Position numbers and translations under genes: made by a program. DNA of 64,000 bases from an uncultured delta proteobacterium (GTDB lineage Bacteria; Desulfobacterota; Binatia; DP-6), in assembly GCA_963815115.1 (NCBI GenBank), contig CAWFFN010000008.1:256001-320000 (forward strand). The letters are read 5' to 3'. Of this stretch, positions 48,671-60,426 are shown one piece after another. The first letter of the stretch is position 1, and each line of letters starts with the position of its first letter. Below the pieces are notes generated by a model that was not told where the DNA came from, searched no databases, and worked only from the letters and a program-made list of their open reading frames with translations.

Positions 48671-50197
48671 CACAGGCCTTCCGCCAGCCGCACCGCATTC
48701 ACCACCGCCCGCGCCTTGTTCACGCACTCGCGATGCTCGGCCTCGGGATCGGAGTCGGCGACGATCCCGGCACCCGCCTGGATGAAGGCGCGGCCGTCGC
48801 GCATGAGCACGGAGCGGATGGCGATCGCCGTGTCCATCGCGCCGCCGTAGCCGAAGTAGCCCACCGCCCCGCCGTAGATGCCCCGGCGCACCGGCTCGAG
48901 CTCCTCGATGATCTCCATGGCGCGGATCTTGGGCGCGCCGCTCAGCGTACCGGCCGGGAACGTCGCGCGGAAGGCGTCGAAGCAGTCCCGTCCCGGCTCG
49001 AGCCGCCCGCGCACGTTCGACACCAGGTGCATCACGTGCGAGTAGCGCTCGATCACGAAGCGCTCGGTGACCTCCACCGTCCCGACCTCGGCCACGCGTC
49101 CCACGTCGTTGCGCCCGAGATCGAGCAGCATGACGTGCTCGGCGAGCTCCTTCGGATCGGAGGCGCAGCTCGTCGGCGAGCGCGGCGTCGTCGCGCTCGC
49201 CGGTGCCGCGCGGCCGCGTGCCGGCGATCGGCCGGACCACCAGCTCGCCGCCCTCCACCCGCGCCATCACCTCGGGCGACGCGCCTGCCAGGGCGTGCGC
49301 GCCGAGCGCGAGGTAGAACATGTACGGCGACGGGTTCACGGTGCGCAGGCAGCGGTAGACGTTGAAGGGCGCGGCGGCCAGCGGCATCTCGAAGCGCTGC
49401 GCCAGCACCACCTGGATGACGTCGCCGGCACGGATGTACTCCTTGGCGCGCGCCACCATGCCCTGGTACGCCTCCGGGGTGAGATTGGCGCGCACCTCTT
49501 CGGGCGCGCCACCGCGCGCGACGGGTGCGACCGGTCCGACCGCTGGCGTTCCCAGCCGGTCGACCAGCTCGTCGATGCGGGCGACCGCGGCGTCGTAGGC
49601 GTCGTCCGGCGAGACGCCGTCTCCCACGTGCGCGTGCGACACCACGCGGATGGTCTGCGCCACGTTGTCGAACACCAGCACGCTCTGGACCAGGAGCATG
49701 CAGAGATCCGGCAGAAGCAGGTCGTCCTCTGCCAGGGCCGGCAGCCGTTCCAGGCTGCGCACCACGTCGTACCCGACGTAGCCGACCGCCCCGCCCACGA
49801 AGCGCGGCAGCCCCGACACGGGCACCGCACGATAGGCGGCGAGGAGCCGCTTCAGCTCGCCGAGCGGGTCGTCGGTCGCCCAGCGCTCGACGCCTCCACC
49901 GGGCGTCTCGAGCTCGACCTCGCGCCCGCGCACGCGGAGCACCCGTGCGGGCTCCGTCCCGAGAAAGGTGAAGCGGCCCCAGCGCTCGCCGCCCTGCACG
50001 CTTTCGAGCAGGAACCCGTAGGGCCCGCGGCGGATCTTCAGGAAGGCCGAGACCGGGGTTTCCAGATCGGCGAGGATGTCCCGGCTGAGGGGGATCAGGT
50101 TCCCTGCCTCGACGAGCCCCCGGAAGTCCTCGCGTGGCGGCCACACGGCCCCGGCGCGCCGTCCCCAGGCGGGCGCTCTCGGGAGCGCTGCGCTCAT
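48670..50197 (-). CDS. trpE: Anthranilate synthase component I, split by a +1 frameshift at ~49162 (probable sequence error)
   Basis: LETPVS, LLES, NPSPYM, GASPE, PIAGT in one frame; [38 protein letters not shown] in the next. Confidence 0.9.
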
Positions 50198-51036
50198 TGG
50201 GACGCCACGTAGGCCCGGGAGACGCCCTCCCGATCGCGCAACCGCCGCATCACCTGCTCGGCCTGCTCCGCGCTGGCGTAGCGTCCCACGCGCAGGCGGT
50301 ACCACGTGCCGCCGTCGCGCGGGACCGCTTGCACGGTGGCGTCGAAGCCCCGCCGGGCGAGGTTGGCGCGCATCGCCTCGGCCTCGGAGCGGTCGCGGGT
50401 CGAGGTGGCCTCGACGGTGAAGGCTCCACTCCTGGGTGGCGACGTCGTCGCGCGGGCCGCCGTCGTTCGGTCCTTCGCCGTCGGCACCGTCCCGGTCTTC
50501 GCGCCGCTCGCGGCGGGAGACCTGGCGGGGGCCGCGGCCCCCGGCTTCGACGGCCGCGCCGTCGCGGATCTCGCCCGCGGCGCCGTCGCGGGCCCGGCCG
50601 CAGTCGGCTTCGTCGGGACCGCCGCTCCCGGCTTCGCCGGCGGGGCCGTCCTGGACGCCACCTGCACCTTTCCGGTCGCGGCGCCCTGCGGCGCACCGCT
50701 GGCCTTCGGCGAGGCCGCCGGCAGCGCCGGCTTCTGCTCGGCCGGCCGGATCGGACCGGCCTTGGACCGCGCGGGGGTTGCGTCCGTGTGCCCCGTCGGC
50801 ACCAGCGTGTCGTAGAAGGTGAACTCGTCGCCGCTCTTCGGCCGCTGCCCCTCCGGCGGCGGCTGCGTGGTCACCGGCAGCCGGACGCCGCGGTCCTCCC
50901 CCGCGGGGACGCGCTCCTGGATCCGATTGCCGGTATAGAAGCCGATGCCGTAGACCACCGCGCAGCTCACCATCCAGACCCCGACGAGGATGGCGCGCTC
51001 GACCAGCCGCAACCCCGGACGCGGATTCTCTCCCAT
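50194..51036 (-). CDS. SPOR-domain cell division protein (FtsN/DedD-like)
   Basis: N-terminal TM, FTFYDTL, Pro/Ala/Lys linker, C-terminal [13 protein letters not shown] motif. Confidence 0.85.
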   Translation of the reverse strand: MGENPRPGLRLVERAILVGVWMVSCAVVYGIGFYTGNRIQERVPAGEDRGVRLPVTTQPPPEGQRPKSGDEFTFYDTLVPTGHTDATPARSKAGPIRPAEQKPALPAASPKASGAPQGAATGKVQVASRTAPPAKPGAAVPTKPTAAGPATAPRARSATARPSKPGAAAPARSPAASGAKTGTVPTAKDRTTAARATTSPPRSGAFTVEATSTRDRSEAEAMRANLARRGFDATVQAVPRDGGTWYRLRVGRYASAEQAEQVMRRLRDREGVSRAYVASQ

Positions 51037-51046
51037 CTTCCCCTCC

Positions 51047-52228
51047 TCACATCCGCCCGGCCGCTGCGACGCCGCACAACCGGAGGGCATCGGACAGCAC
51101 GTGCTGCGCGCATGCCCCCAGCGCGAGCCGCGCCTGGGTCAGGACACCGTCCGCCGTGAGCATGCGGTGGCGGTTATAGTAGCGATGGACCGCCGCGGCG
51201 AGCGTCAGAGCGTGGCCGGCGACGGCGTGCGGCTCGAGCGCGTGCGCCGCCCGCTCGACCACGTCGGGCCACACGACCACCTGGCGCAGCACCTCGGCCT
51301 CCGCCTCGCCGAGTGGTGCGAGATCGGGACGGGGCTCGCGGGCGACGCCGGCGATTGCGGCCTCGCGCAGCACGCCGGCGAGGCGGGCATGCGCAAGCTG
51401 GACACGGCCGAGCGGGTTGTCCGCATCGCGGCGCTTCGCCTGCTCCAGATCCACGTCGAGCGCCCTGCCTGATCGCCCCAGCAGGAGAAAGAACCGCCCC
51501 GCATCGTCGCCGATCTCTCGCACGACGTCCGGCCAGCCGACGTCGGATGAGCGCACGATCTCCCCGCCCCTCGCGAGCCCGACCGGAGCCGCCGGGACGA
51601 GCCGGAGCACTGCGGGATCGACGGCGGCGCGCAGCCGATCTGCAGAAGCGCCGTCATCCACCTCGACGACCGCGGCGAGAAGGTCGACGCCCTCCGTGGC
51701 GGCCGAATCCGCGGCGTCCTCGGCGGGCGCGGTCGAGCGCTCGCGCGGGTCGACGGCCCAGCCGCTGGCCTCGAGAAGGCGCGCCACGCTTCCGGCGAGC
51801 ACCGCGCAGCGCGCCTGCGCCAGGCTCGGCCCCTCCTCCCGTGCTGCGACCTGCAGGACACGGGCCCGGCGGCCGCGCCCGACAGAGCTGCGCCCGTAGG
51901 CGCGGCCGGCCGTCACCGCCTCGTCGAGCAGCATGTGCCAAAAGGCCGCGCCGAACCGGAAGTTCACGAATCCCGGCCCTGCCACCTCGACGCCGCTCAG
52001 CCATCGGCAAGGGTCGCGTAGGCGGTCGAGGAGGACCTCCGCGATGTCCTGCGGCGGTCGCCCCATCTCGCGGGCGAGCATCATCGCCACGTCGCAGGTC
52101 AGGTCCCCGAAGGCCGGGTCGGCGGGCTCGTGCACCGCGTAGGCGGGCACGCTGCGGACCCGGAGCAGTCCCCCCTCGATGGCGTCGGTCAGCGCTTCCC
52201 GGACGAGCGCGTCAACGTGCGATCGCAC
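51047..52228 (-). CDS. Arginyl-tRNA synthetase-like protein lacking catalytic motifs (N-terminal Add-1 and DALR domains retained); start GTG 52228 or ATG 52276
   Basis: FGDL...A, EVAGPGFVNF (Add-1); EIGDDAGRFFLL, LDVDLEQAK, NP...VQLAHAR, EPH, HRYYN, QARLAL, L.LCGV (anticodon domain); HIGH and KMSK absent; ~390 aa versus ~550-580 typical. Confidence 0.75.
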   Translation of the reverse strand: MRSHVDALVREALTDAIEGGLLRVRSVPAYAVHEPADPAFGDLTCDVAMMLAREMGRPPQDIAEVLLDRLRDPCRWLSGVEVAGPGFVNFRFGAAFWHMLLDEAVTAGRAYGRSSVGRGRRARVLQVAAREEGPSLAQARCAVLAGSVARLLEASGWAVDPRERSTAPAEDAADSAATEGVDLLAAVVEVDDGASADRLRAAVDPAVLRLVPAAPVGLARGGEIVRSSDVGWPDVVREIGDDAGRFFLLLGRSGRALDVDLEQAKRRDADNPLGRVQLAHARLAGVLREAAIAGVAREPRPDLAPLGEAEAEVLRQVVVWPDVVERAAHALEPHAVAGHALTLAAAVHRYYNRHRMLTADGVLTQARLALGACAQHVLSDALRLCGVAAAGRM

Positions 52229-52280
52229 GCCAAAGCCAGTTCCCGGCGGCGCGCGTGTCGGAGACCCCGGGGGCATCCAT
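52212..52280 (-). CDS. Putative leaderless Trp-containing leader peptide MDAPGVSDTRAAGNWLWRAIAR
   Basis: ATG 7 nt after the -10 box; mostly GC3 codons; W-L-W-R near the C-terminus; upstream of the trp-containing run. Confidence 0.35.
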   Translation of the reverse strand: MDAPGVSDTRAAGNWLWRAIAR

Positions 52281-52287
52281 GGGGCGC

Positions 52288-52316
52288 GTTGTACCGGCGC
52301 CCCCGGGCGCCGTCAA
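52288..52316 (-). promoter_or_regulatory. sigma70 promoter for the argS-like/SPOR/trp run
   Basis: TTGACG-N17-TACAAC on the minus strand in the rplQ-argS-like gap. Confidence 0.55.
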
Positions 52317-52343
52317 CCGGCGCACGCGCGCGCGCGCCGCGCC

Positions 52344-52811
52344 TCACCCCGCGGCGGCGCGCCGGCGCGGCGTCTCGGTCTTTCGGGTGTCCTTGCCCGT
52401 GTCCTTGCGGCGCGCCGGCTTCTTCTTCTTGCCGGTCCCGTCCGTGCCCTGACCCGGGCGGTCCACCAGCTCGACCAGCGAGAGCGCCGCCGCGTCCCCG
52501 GGGCGCACCCCGAGCTTGACCACCCGGACATAGCCTCCCGCACGTCCCGCATAACGCGGAGCGAGCTCGGCAAAGAGCTTCCGTACCACGCTCGCCTGTT
52601 GCACCAGCGCGGCGGCCCGGCGGCGCGCGTGCAGCGTGCCGTCCTTGCCGAGCGTGATCATGCGATCACCCCAGCGCTTGAGCTCCTTGGCCTTCCCATC
52701 CGTCGTCCGCACCGCCTCGTGCTCGAGGAGCGCCGTCACCAGGTTGCGCAGCAGGGCGCGACGGTGTGCCGGTGAGCGGCCGAGCTTCTTCCCTGCGACC
52801 CGATGGCGCAT
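52344..52811 (-). CDS. rplQ: 50S ribosomal protein L17
   Basis: [29 protein letters not shown]. Confidence 0.97.
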   Translation of the reverse strand: MRHRVAGKKLGRSPAHRRALLRNLVTALLEHEAVRTTDGKAKELKRWGDRMITLGKDGTLHARRRAAALVQQASVVRKLFAELAPRYAGRAGGYVRVVKLGVRPGDAAALSLVELVDRPGQGTDGTGKKKKPARRKDTGKDTRKTETPRRRAAAG

Positions 52812-52814
52812 GGC

Positions 52815-53879
<1,065 letters not shown>

Positions 53880-53904
53880 GGGCGCCTTCCTCTGTTCCCG
53901 TCGG

Positions 53905-54531
53905 CTACTTGGAATAGAGCTCGACGACCAGCTTCTCGTTGATGGGCATCGTCAGATCCGACCGCGCAGGAAGCGACTTCACGCGGCCGGCGAACGCCTC
54001 TGGGGTGATCTCGAGCCAGTCCGGCACTCCGCGCCGCTGCGCCAGCTCGAGGGACTCCTGGATGCGGGCCACCTTCTGGCTGCGGTCGCGCACGCTCACC
54101 GTGTCTCCCGCCCGGACCAGGAACGACGGCACGTTGACCTTGCGGCCGTTCACCCGGAAGTGGCCGTGGCGCACGAGCTGCCGCGCCTCGGCGCGCGAGG
54201 TGGCGAACCCGATGCGGTAGACGGTGTTGTCGAGCCGGCGCTCGAGCAGCTGGAGCAGCGTCTCGCCGGTCACGCCCTTGGCGCGGTCCGCCATCGAGAA
54301 ATACCGCCGGAACTGCCCCTCGAGGATGCCGTACATGCGGCGCAGCTTCTGCTTCTCGCGCAACTGGACCGAGTACTCCGAGAACTTCGGGCGCGCCTGG
54401 CCATGCTCCCCGGGTGGGTAGTTGCGGCGCTCGATGGCGCACTTGTCGGTGTAGCAGCGCTCGCCCTTGAGGAACAGCTTGAGTCCCTCACGACGGCACA
54501 GACGGCAAACCGCTCCGGTGTATCGTGCCAC
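53905..54531 (-). CDS. rpsD: 30S ribosomal protein S4
   Basis: [28 protein letters not shown]. Confidence 0.98.
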   Translation of the reverse strand: MARYTGAVCRLCRREGLKLFLKGERCYTDKCAIERRNYPPGEHGQARPKFSEYSVQLREKQKLRRMYGILEGQFRRYFSMADRAKGVTGETLLQLLERRLDNTVYRIGFATSRAEARQLVRHGHFRVNGRKVNVPSFLVRAGDTVSVRDRSQKVARIQESLELAQRRGVPDWLEITPEAFAGRVKSLPARSDLTMPINEKLVVELYSK

Positions 54532-54541
54532 GTGCGACTCC

Positions 54542-54970
54542 TCAGACCCGGCGCCGCTTCGGCGGCCGGCAGCCGTTGTGCGGGATCGGGGTGACGTCCT
54601 TGATGATGCTCACGGTGAAGCCCGCCGCCTGCAGGCTGCGCAGCGCGGATTCACGGCCCGAGCCCGGGCCCTTCACGAACACCTGCACGTGGCGCATGCC
54701 GAGATCGGCCGCCTTGCGTGCAGCCGCCTCCGCCGCCACCTGCGCCGCGAAGGGCGTCCCCTTGCGCGAGCCCTTGAAGCCGCACGACCCCGCGCTCGAC
54801 CAGACGAGCACGTTGCCCTGCGGGTCACTGACGGTGATGATCGTGTTGTTGAACGTCGAGTGAATGTGGAGCACGCCCTCCGCCACGAGCCGCTTCGACT
54901 TCTTGCGGCGAGCCGGTGCGGCCTCGGGCGCGGCGGGTCTCCCGCCGCTCGACTCCTGCTGCTTTGCCAC
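54542..54970 (-). CDS. rpsK: 30S ribosomal protein S11
   Basis: [39 protein letters not shown]. Confidence 0.98.
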   Translation of the reverse strand: MAKQQESSGGRPAAPEAAPARRKKSKRLVAEGVLHIHSTFNNTIITVSDPQGNVLVWSSAGSCGFKGSRKGTPFAAQVAAEAAARKAADLGMRHVQVFVKGPGSGRESALRSLQAAGFTVSIIKDVTPIPHNGCRPPKRRRV

Positions 54971-54997
54971 GAGTCCTCCTTGTGTTTCCCGTATGGA

Positions 54998-55381
54998 CTA
55001 GCCCTTGGAGGGCGCGGCTTTCTTCCCCGCGACGGTGCGTCGCGGGCCCTTCCGCGTCCGGGCGTTGGTGTGCGAGCGCTGGCCGCGCACCGGCAGATTC
55101 CGCCGATGCCGCAGGCCGCGGTAGCAGCCGAGGTCGACCAGGCGCTTGATGTTCGTCGTCGTGTCACGGCGGAGATCGCCCTCGACCTTGTACGAGGCAT
55201 CGATCTCGCGCCGGATCCGCGTGACGTCGTCGTCGGTCAGCTCGTCGCTCTTGCGTCCCGGATCGACCTGCGCCGCGGCACAGATGCGGAGCGCCGCAGA
55301 CCGGCCGATGCCGTAGATGTAGGTGAGTGCGATCTCCATGCGCTTGTTGCGCGGCAGATCGACCCCTGCGATGCGTGCCAT
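54998..55381 (-). CDS. rpsM: 30S ribosomal protein S13
   Basis: [32 protein letters not shown]. Confidence 0.98.
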   Translation of the reverse strand: MARIAGVDLPRNKRMEIALTYIYGIGRSAALRICAAAQVDPGRKSDELTDDDVTRIRREIDASYKVEGDLRRDTTTNIKRLVDLGCYRGLRHRRNLPVRGQRSHTNARTRKGPRRTVAGKKAAPSKG

Positions 55382-55447
55382 TTCGTTCCTGCCCTTCCTG
55401 TCTCTGCCTGTTCTTCGGGCCTATTCCTGGGGGACTCTTCCTGGGGC

Positions 55448-55561
55448 CTATCCCTGGCGCTGCTTGTGCCGCGGGTTCGAGCACAGGACGCGCACGACGC
55501 CCTGGCGCCTGATCACCTTGCATTTCCGGCAGATCGGCCGGACCGATGCTCGTACCTTCAT
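55448..55561 (-). CDS. rpmJ: 50S ribosomal protein L36 (Zn-ribbon type), not in the ORF track
   Basis: Manual translation [37 protein letters not shown]. Confidence 0.97.
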   Translation of the reverse strand: MKVRASVRPICRKCKVIRRQGVVRVLCSNPRHKQRQG

Positions 55562-55590
55562 GTGGTCACTTCCTCACGTCGTGGTCCCGC

Positions 55591-56352
55591 TCAGGGCCGG
55601 CTCAAGATATAGGGTCCGTCCGCCATGACGGCAACGGAGTGCTCGAAGTGCGCCGACAGGCGCCCATCCCGGGTCGCCGCGGTCCACCCGTCGTCCTTGA
55701 CGTATACCTCGGGACCCCCGGCGTTCACCATCGGCTCGATCGCGAGCACCAGCCCCTCCGAGAGCTTCACCCCCCGCGTCCCGGTCCGGTAGTTCGGTAC
55801 CTGGGGATCCTCGTGCAGGCTGCGCCCGATGCCGTGGCCGACGAACTCGCGCACCAGCGAGAAGCCGGCGCCCTCGGCGACGTCCTGGATGGCTCCGGAG
55901 ATGTCGGCGATGTGCGCCCCGGGCCGGATGGCCTCGATCCCGGCGGCCAGCGCCGCCGCGGTCACGTCCATCAGGCGCTGCGCCTCGGGGGACGTCCGGC
56001 CCACGGAGACGGTGCGGGCCGCGTCGCCGAAGTACCCCTCGCAGCACACGCCGAAGTCGAGGCCGACGAGGTCGCCGTCGCGCAGCACGCGCTCGCGGGA
56101 CGGGATGCCGTGCACTACCTCGTCGTTCACCGAGATGCAGATCGAGGCCGGGAACGTGCGGCCGCCCACGACGTAGCCCTTGAAGGCCGGCCGTGCGCCC
56201 CGCTTGTGGGTGAGCTCCTCGGCGAGCGCGTCGAGCTCCGCGGTGCTGACTCCCGGCCGCACCCGGGACGCGACCGCGGCCAGGATCTCGGCCACGATAC
56301 CGCTCGATCGCCGCATGCGCTCGATCTCGTCGGGGGACTTGAGCAGGATCAT
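55591..56352 (-). CDS. map: Methionine aminopeptidase type I
   Basis: CISVNDEVVHGIP, GHGIG..LHEDP, AIEPM, SAHFEH. Confidence 0.96.
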   Translation of the reverse strand: MILLKSPDEIERMRRSSGIVAEILAAVASRVRPGVSTAELDALAEELTHKRGARPAFKGYVVGGRTFPASICISVNDEVVHGIPSRERVLRDGDLVGLDFGVCCEGYFGDAARTVSVGRTSPEAQRLMDVTAAALAAGIEAIRPGAHIADISGAIQDVAEGAGFSLVREFVGHGIGRSLHEDPQVPNYRTGTRGVKLSEGLVLAIEPMVNAGGPEVYVKDDGWTAATRDGRLSAHFEHSVAVMADGPYILSRP

Positions 56353-56990
56353 GGCAGGTTCGCCCGGATGCGTCCGAAGACGTCGTCCTGGGTCCCGGTT
56401 CCCTGCACCGGGCGCAGGAGTCCCGAGGCGCGATAGTAGTCCGCCACGGCCATCACCTCGCGCGCGTGCAGATCGAGGCGGATCGCGATCTGATCGGGCC
56501 GGTCGTCCTCGCGCTGGTAGAGCTCCCCGCCGCAGCGGTCGCAGCGTGCCGGGTGCTCGGGCGGATTCGACGACGCATGGTACATCGCCCCGCAACCGCG
56601 GCACACCAGACGGCCCGACAGCCGGCGGATCAGCTCCTCGCGCGGCACCTCGACGGCAACGACGGCGTCGAGGCAGGCGCCGCGCTTGCTCAGCAGCCGC
56701 TCGAGCTCGTGCGCCTGCGGCACCGTGCGCGGGAAGCCGTCGAGGATGAAGCCGCGCGTGCAGTCGGCGGCTTCCAGGCGTTGCTCCACCAGGCCGATGA
56801 CCACCTCGTCCGGGACCAGCTGTCCCGCATCCATGTACCGCCGCGCGGCGGCACCGAGCGAGCTGCCATCATGCTCGGCCGCGCGGAGCATGTCACCCGT
56901 CGAGATCTGCGGGACGCCGACGGCCTGTTGCAGGAGGCGGGCCTGTGTCCCCTTGCCGGCGCCGGGAGGTCCCAGCATCACCACGCGCAC
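56349..56990 (-). CDS. adk: Adenylate kinase (Zn lid)
   Basis: GPPGAGKGTQ, ISTGDMLR, LDGFPRT, CxxC...CxxC lid. Confidence 0.97.
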   Translation of the reverse strand: MRVVMLGPPGAGKGTQARLLQQAVGVPQISTGDMLRAAEHDGSSLGAAARRYMDAGQLVPDEVVIGLVEQRLEAADCTRGFILDGFPRTVPQAHELERLLSKRGACLDAVVAVEVPREELIRRLSGRLVCRGCGAMYHASSNPPEHPARCDRCGGELYQREDDRPDQIAIRLDLHAREVMAVADYYRASGLLRPVQGTGTQDDVFGRIRANLP

Positions 56991-57000
56991 GTCACCTCCC

Positions 57001-58311
57001 TCACCGCCTGCCCCGGATCCGTCCGCGCTTCATGAACCCCTCGTAGCTCCGGGAGATCATGTGCGTCTCCATGGCCGCGATGGTGTCGAGGGCGACGCCG
57101 ACCACGATGAGGAGCGCGGTGCCCCCGAAGTAGAAGGGGACACGCAGCTGGGAGATGAGGATCGTCGGGAGCACGCAGATCGCCGCGACGTAGAGGGCGC
57201 CCGCCAGCGTGATGCGCACCAGGATCCGATCGATGAAGTCCGCCGTGCGCGGTCCCGGTCGGATGCCGGGGATGTAACCGCCGAACTTCTTCAAATTGTC
57301 GGACACGTCACTCGGGTTGAAGGTGACGGCGGTGTAGAAGTAGCAGAAGAAGATGATCAGCCCGACGTCGACCAGGCTGTAGACAATCGAGCCCGGGGTC
57401 AGGGCATGCGAGACCCTCTGGGCGATCGGGTTGTCGCCGAACATGCTCGCGATGCTGGCCGGGAAGAGCAGCACGGACGAGGCGAAGATGGGCGGGATGA
57501 CGCCCGCCGTGTTGACCTTGAGCGGCAGGTGCGAGCTCTGCCCGCTGTAGACCCTGCGCCCCACCACGCGCTTCGCGTACTGCACCGGGATGCGGCGCTG
57601 GCCGCGCTCCATGAAGATGATCACGGCGACGACGATCACGGCGACGACCGCCATGAAGAGCGCCGCGAAGATCGACAGCTCTCGCTGGCGGACGAACTCC
57701 AGGGTGGTGAGGACGGCGTTCGGCAGCTGCGCCACGATGCCGGCGAAGATGATCAGGGAGATGCCGTTGCCGATGCCGCGCTCCGTCATCTGCTCGCCGA
57801 GCCACATGATGAATGCCGTCCCGGTCGTGAGCGTGATCATGGTCATGATGCGGAATCCCCACCCCGGCGCGAACACCACGCCGGCGCCGCCCGGCGCCTG
57901 GATGCTCTCGAGACCGGCCGAGATGAAGAAGCTCTGCACCAGGGACAGCGCGACCGTGCCGTAGCGCGTGTACTGCGTGATCTTGCGCCGGCCGATCTCG
58001 CCTTCCTTCGACAGCTTCTCGAGGTAGGGGATGACGACGGTGAGGAGCTGGAGGATGATGCTCGCGCTGATGTACGGCATGATGCCGAGCGCGAAGATCG
58101 AGAAGCGCTCGAGCGCGCCGCCCGAGAACAGGTTGACCAGGCCGAGGATGTTGCTGCGGGCGTTGGCGAAGAACTGCGCCAGCGCCTGGCCGTCGATCCC
58201 GGGCGTGGGCACGTGGCAACCCAGGCGAAAGACGGCGAGGGCTCCTGCCGTGAAGGCCACCCGCTTGCGCAGCTCGGGCATCCGGGACGCGCTGGAGAAT
58301 CCCTCAAGCAC
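57001..58311 (-). CDS. secY: Preprotein translocase SecY
   Basis: [47 protein letters not shown]. Confidence 0.98.
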   Translation of the reverse strand: MLEGFSSASRMPELRKRVAFTAGALAVFRLGCHVPTPGIDGQALAQFFANARSNILGLVNLFSGGALERFSIFALGIMPYISASIILQLLTVVIPYLEKLSKEGEIGRRKITQYTRYGTVALSLVQSFFISAGLESIQAPGGAGVVFAPGWGFRIMTMITLTTGTAFIMWLGEQMTERGIGNGISLIIFAGIVAQLPNAVLTTLEFVRQRELSIFAALFMAVVAVIVVAVIIFMERGQRRIPVQYAKRVVGRRVYSGQSSHLPLKVNTAGVIPPIFASSVLLFPASIASMFGDNPIAQRVSHALTPGSIVYSLVDVGLIIFFCYFYTAVTFNPSDVSDNLKKFGGYIPGIRPGPRTADFIDRILVRITLAGALYVAAICVLPTILISQLRVPFYFGGTALLIVVGVALDTIAAMETHMISRSYEGFMKRGRIRGRR

Positions 58312-58747
58312 CGAGCACCTCCACGGTGCCGCCCGCGGCGGAGATCGCCTCCCGTGCGCCCGCGCTGAAGGCGTGGGCGCGCACGGTGAGGGCGTGCGCC
58401 AGCGACCCCTTGCCCAGGCACTTCACGAGGCCGCGCTTGTGGATCAGGCCGTGCGCCCGGAGGTCGTCCGGCCCGACCGTCGTGCCGGCGGGGAACCCCG
58501 CAAGCTGCCCGATGTTGACGACGGCGTAGGTGGTGCGTGCCAGGGGACGGAAGCCGCGCTTGGGGAGACGGCGCTGGAGCGGCATCTGGCCGCCCTCGTA
58601 CCCGGGCGGGCTGTTGCCGCCCGACCGCGACAGGCGTCCCTTGTGGCCCCGCCCGGCCGTCTTGCCGTTGCCCGAGCCGGGACCGCGCCCGATGCGTCGC
58701 CGGCGGCGCGTCGCCCCCGGGGCGGGGTGAAGATGGCCGAGGTCCAT
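58304..58747 (-). CDS. rplO: 50S ribosomal protein L15
   Basis: [36 protein letters not shown]. Confidence 0.97.
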   Translation of the reverse strand: MDLGHLHPAPGATRRRRRIGRGPGSGNGKTAGRGHKGRLSRSGGNSPPGYEGGQMPLQRRLPKRGFRPLARTTYAVVNIGQLAGFPAGTTVGPDDLRAHGLIHKRGLVKCLGKGSLAHALTVRAHAFSAGAREAISAAGGTVEVLGA

Positions 58748-58751
58748 GCCG

Positions 58752-58934
58752 CTAGCCCTCCGTCTCCACCAGGTGCGCCACCGCGCGCAGCATGCCACGG
58801 ACGGGGGGCGAGTCCTTCAGGATGACGGAGCGGCCGAGCCGGGTGAGCCCGAGGCCGCGCAGCGTGGCGCGCTGACGCGGGCTCGTCCCGATGGCGCTCC
58901 GCCGGAGAGTGGCCTTGACGATGCGCTCGCTCAT
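58752..58934 (-). CDS. rpmD: 50S ribosomal protein L30
   Basis: RSAIG...[10 protein letters not shown]...RGM..VAHLV. Confidence 0.95.
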   Translation of the reverse strand: MSERIVKATLRRSAIGTSPRQRATLRGLGLTRLGRSVILKDSPPVRGMLRAVAHLVETEG

Positions 58935-59458
58935 CCGTGCAGCTCGGCGACCGTCTTGCCGCGCAGCGCCGCCACCTGGTCCGGCTTCCGCAGCGTGCGC
59001 AGCGCCTCCATCGTGGCGCGTACCATGTTGTTGGGGTTGTTCGATCCGATGCACTTCGTGAGCACGTTGGCCAGTCCAGCCAGCTCGACCACCGCCCGCA
59101 CGCCGCCGCCCGCGATGACGCCGGTGCCGTCCGACGCGGGCTTGAGCAGCACCTCACCGGCGCCGAACCGCCCGGTCACCTCGAAGGGGATGGTGCCCTC
59201 GATCAGCGGTACGTCCACCATGTCCTTCTTGGCTTTCTCGATACCCTTGCGGATGGCCTCGGGAACTTCCTTCGCCTTGCCGAGCCCGAAGCCGACGCGC
59301 CCGGCGCTGTCGCCGACCACGACGAGCGCGCTGAAGCTGAACCGCCGCCCGCCCTTCACGACTTTCGCCACGCGGTTGATGTGGACGACCTTCTCCTTCA
59401 GCTCGGCGCCTCGATCGTCGACGATGCGTCTGGGGCTGCTGGGACCCGACTGTGCCAT
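58931..59458 (-). CDS. rpsE: 30S ribosomal protein S5
   Basis: [32 protein letters not shown]. Confidence 0.97.
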   Translation of the reverse strand: MAQSGPSSPRRIVDDRGAELKEKVVHINRVAKVVKGGRRFSFSALVVVGDSAGRVGFGLGKAKEVPEAIRKGIEKAKKDMVDVPLIEGTIPFEVTGRFGAGEVLLKPASDGTGVIAGGGVRAVVELAGLANVLTKCIGSNNPNNMVRATMEALRTLRKPDQVAALRGKTVAELHG

Positions 59459-59471
59459 GTCTCGCCTTCTT

Positions 59472-59834
59472 TCAGAACTGGAGGCCGCCCTCGCGCGCAC
59501 CATCCGCCACTGCGCGCACGCGGCCGTGATACAGGAAGCCATTGCGGTCGAACACCACGCGCTTGATGCCCTTCTCCTGGCAGCGGCGCGCGGTGAGCAA
59601 GCCGACCTGCTTGGCGGCGCCGACGTCGGCGGTCTTCGCCAGCTGCGGCCGCAGCTCGGCGGTGAGCGTCGACACTGCGAGGATCGTGCGGCGGGACTCG
59701 TCCGTGATCACCTGCACGTAGATGTGGCGGTCGCTGCGATATACCGACAGGCGCGGGCGCTCGTCGGTGCCACGCACCCGACGGCGTACACGGTCCCGGC
59801 GGCGGCCTCGCGCTTCGACTCGCGTAACCGACAT
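59472..59834 (-). CDS. rplR: 50S ribosomal protein L18
   Basis: [30 protein letters not shown]. Confidence 0.97.
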   Translation of the reverse strand: MSVTRVEARGRRRDRVRRRVRGTDERPRLSVYRSDRHIYVQVITDESRRTILAVSTLTAELRPQLAKTADVGAAKQVGLLTARRCQEKGIKRVVFDRNGFLYHGRVRAVADGAREGGLQF

Positions 59835-60379
59835 CAGCGTGCTCCCGCCGCGGCCTTGCCGGCCTTGCGGCGAATGGTTTCCGTCGCGTACTTGATGCCC
59901 TTGCCCTTGTACGGCTCCGGCGGACGCAGCCGCCGGACGGCCGCTGCCGTCTGGCCGAGCATCTCGCGATCGCCCCCCTCGAGCGTCACCACCACCTGGC
60001 GCTCGACCTTGGCGGTGATGCCGGGCGGCAGCTGGTAGGCGATCGGGTGAGAATAGCCGAGGGTCAAGAAGAGGACATTGCCGCGCGCCTCGGCACGGTA
60101 GCCCACGCCGCTGATCTCGAGCACCTTGGTGAAGCCCACCCCGGCGCCCTGGACCATGTTGGCGAGAAGCTTGCGCGTCAGGCCATGAACGCTGCGCGCG
60201 CGGCGGGAGTCGTCGCGGCGATGCACGAGCGCGGTCTTGCCCTCGATCGTGACGGAGACCTCGGGCTCGAGCGTGCGCGTGAGGGTGCCCTTCGGTCCCT
60301 CGACGCGAATCGTTCCGTCGCTCACGTGCAGCTTCACCGTGTCCGGAATGGAGACGGGCATGCGTCCGATGCGTGACAT
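59834..60379 (-). CDS. rplF: 50S ribosomal protein L6
   Basis: MSRIGRMP, GVGYRA, LGYSHP, PEPYKGKGI. Confidence 0.97.
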   Translation of the reverse strand: MSRIGRMPVSIPDTVKLHVSDGTIRVEGPKGTLTRTLEPEVSVTIEGKTALVHRRDDSRRARSVHGLTRKLLANMVQGAGVGFTKVLEISGVGYRAEARGNVLFLTLGYSHPIAYQLPPGITAKVERQVVVTLEGGDREMLGQTAAAVRRLRPPEPYKGKGIKYATETIRRKAGKAAAGAR

Positions 60380-60426
60380 GGCGTCCTCAGGGGTCCTTCG
60401 TGGTCGGTATCGTCGTCACCGTCCGG

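Noticed and set aside
49150-49175. Split trpE, and the apparent TrpE-TrpG fusion ORF 48071-50305
   Set aside because: Removing one C restores ...[12 protein letters not shown]...; the fusion ORF is an artefact of the shifted frame running into trpG
55415-55460. Short near-duplication of the rpmJ 3' end (ggcctat.cctgg)
   Set aside because: About 15 bp, imperfect, no supportable function
55562-55590. infA missing between map and rpmJ
   Set aside because: infA is located elsewhere in many bacteria; ordinary variation
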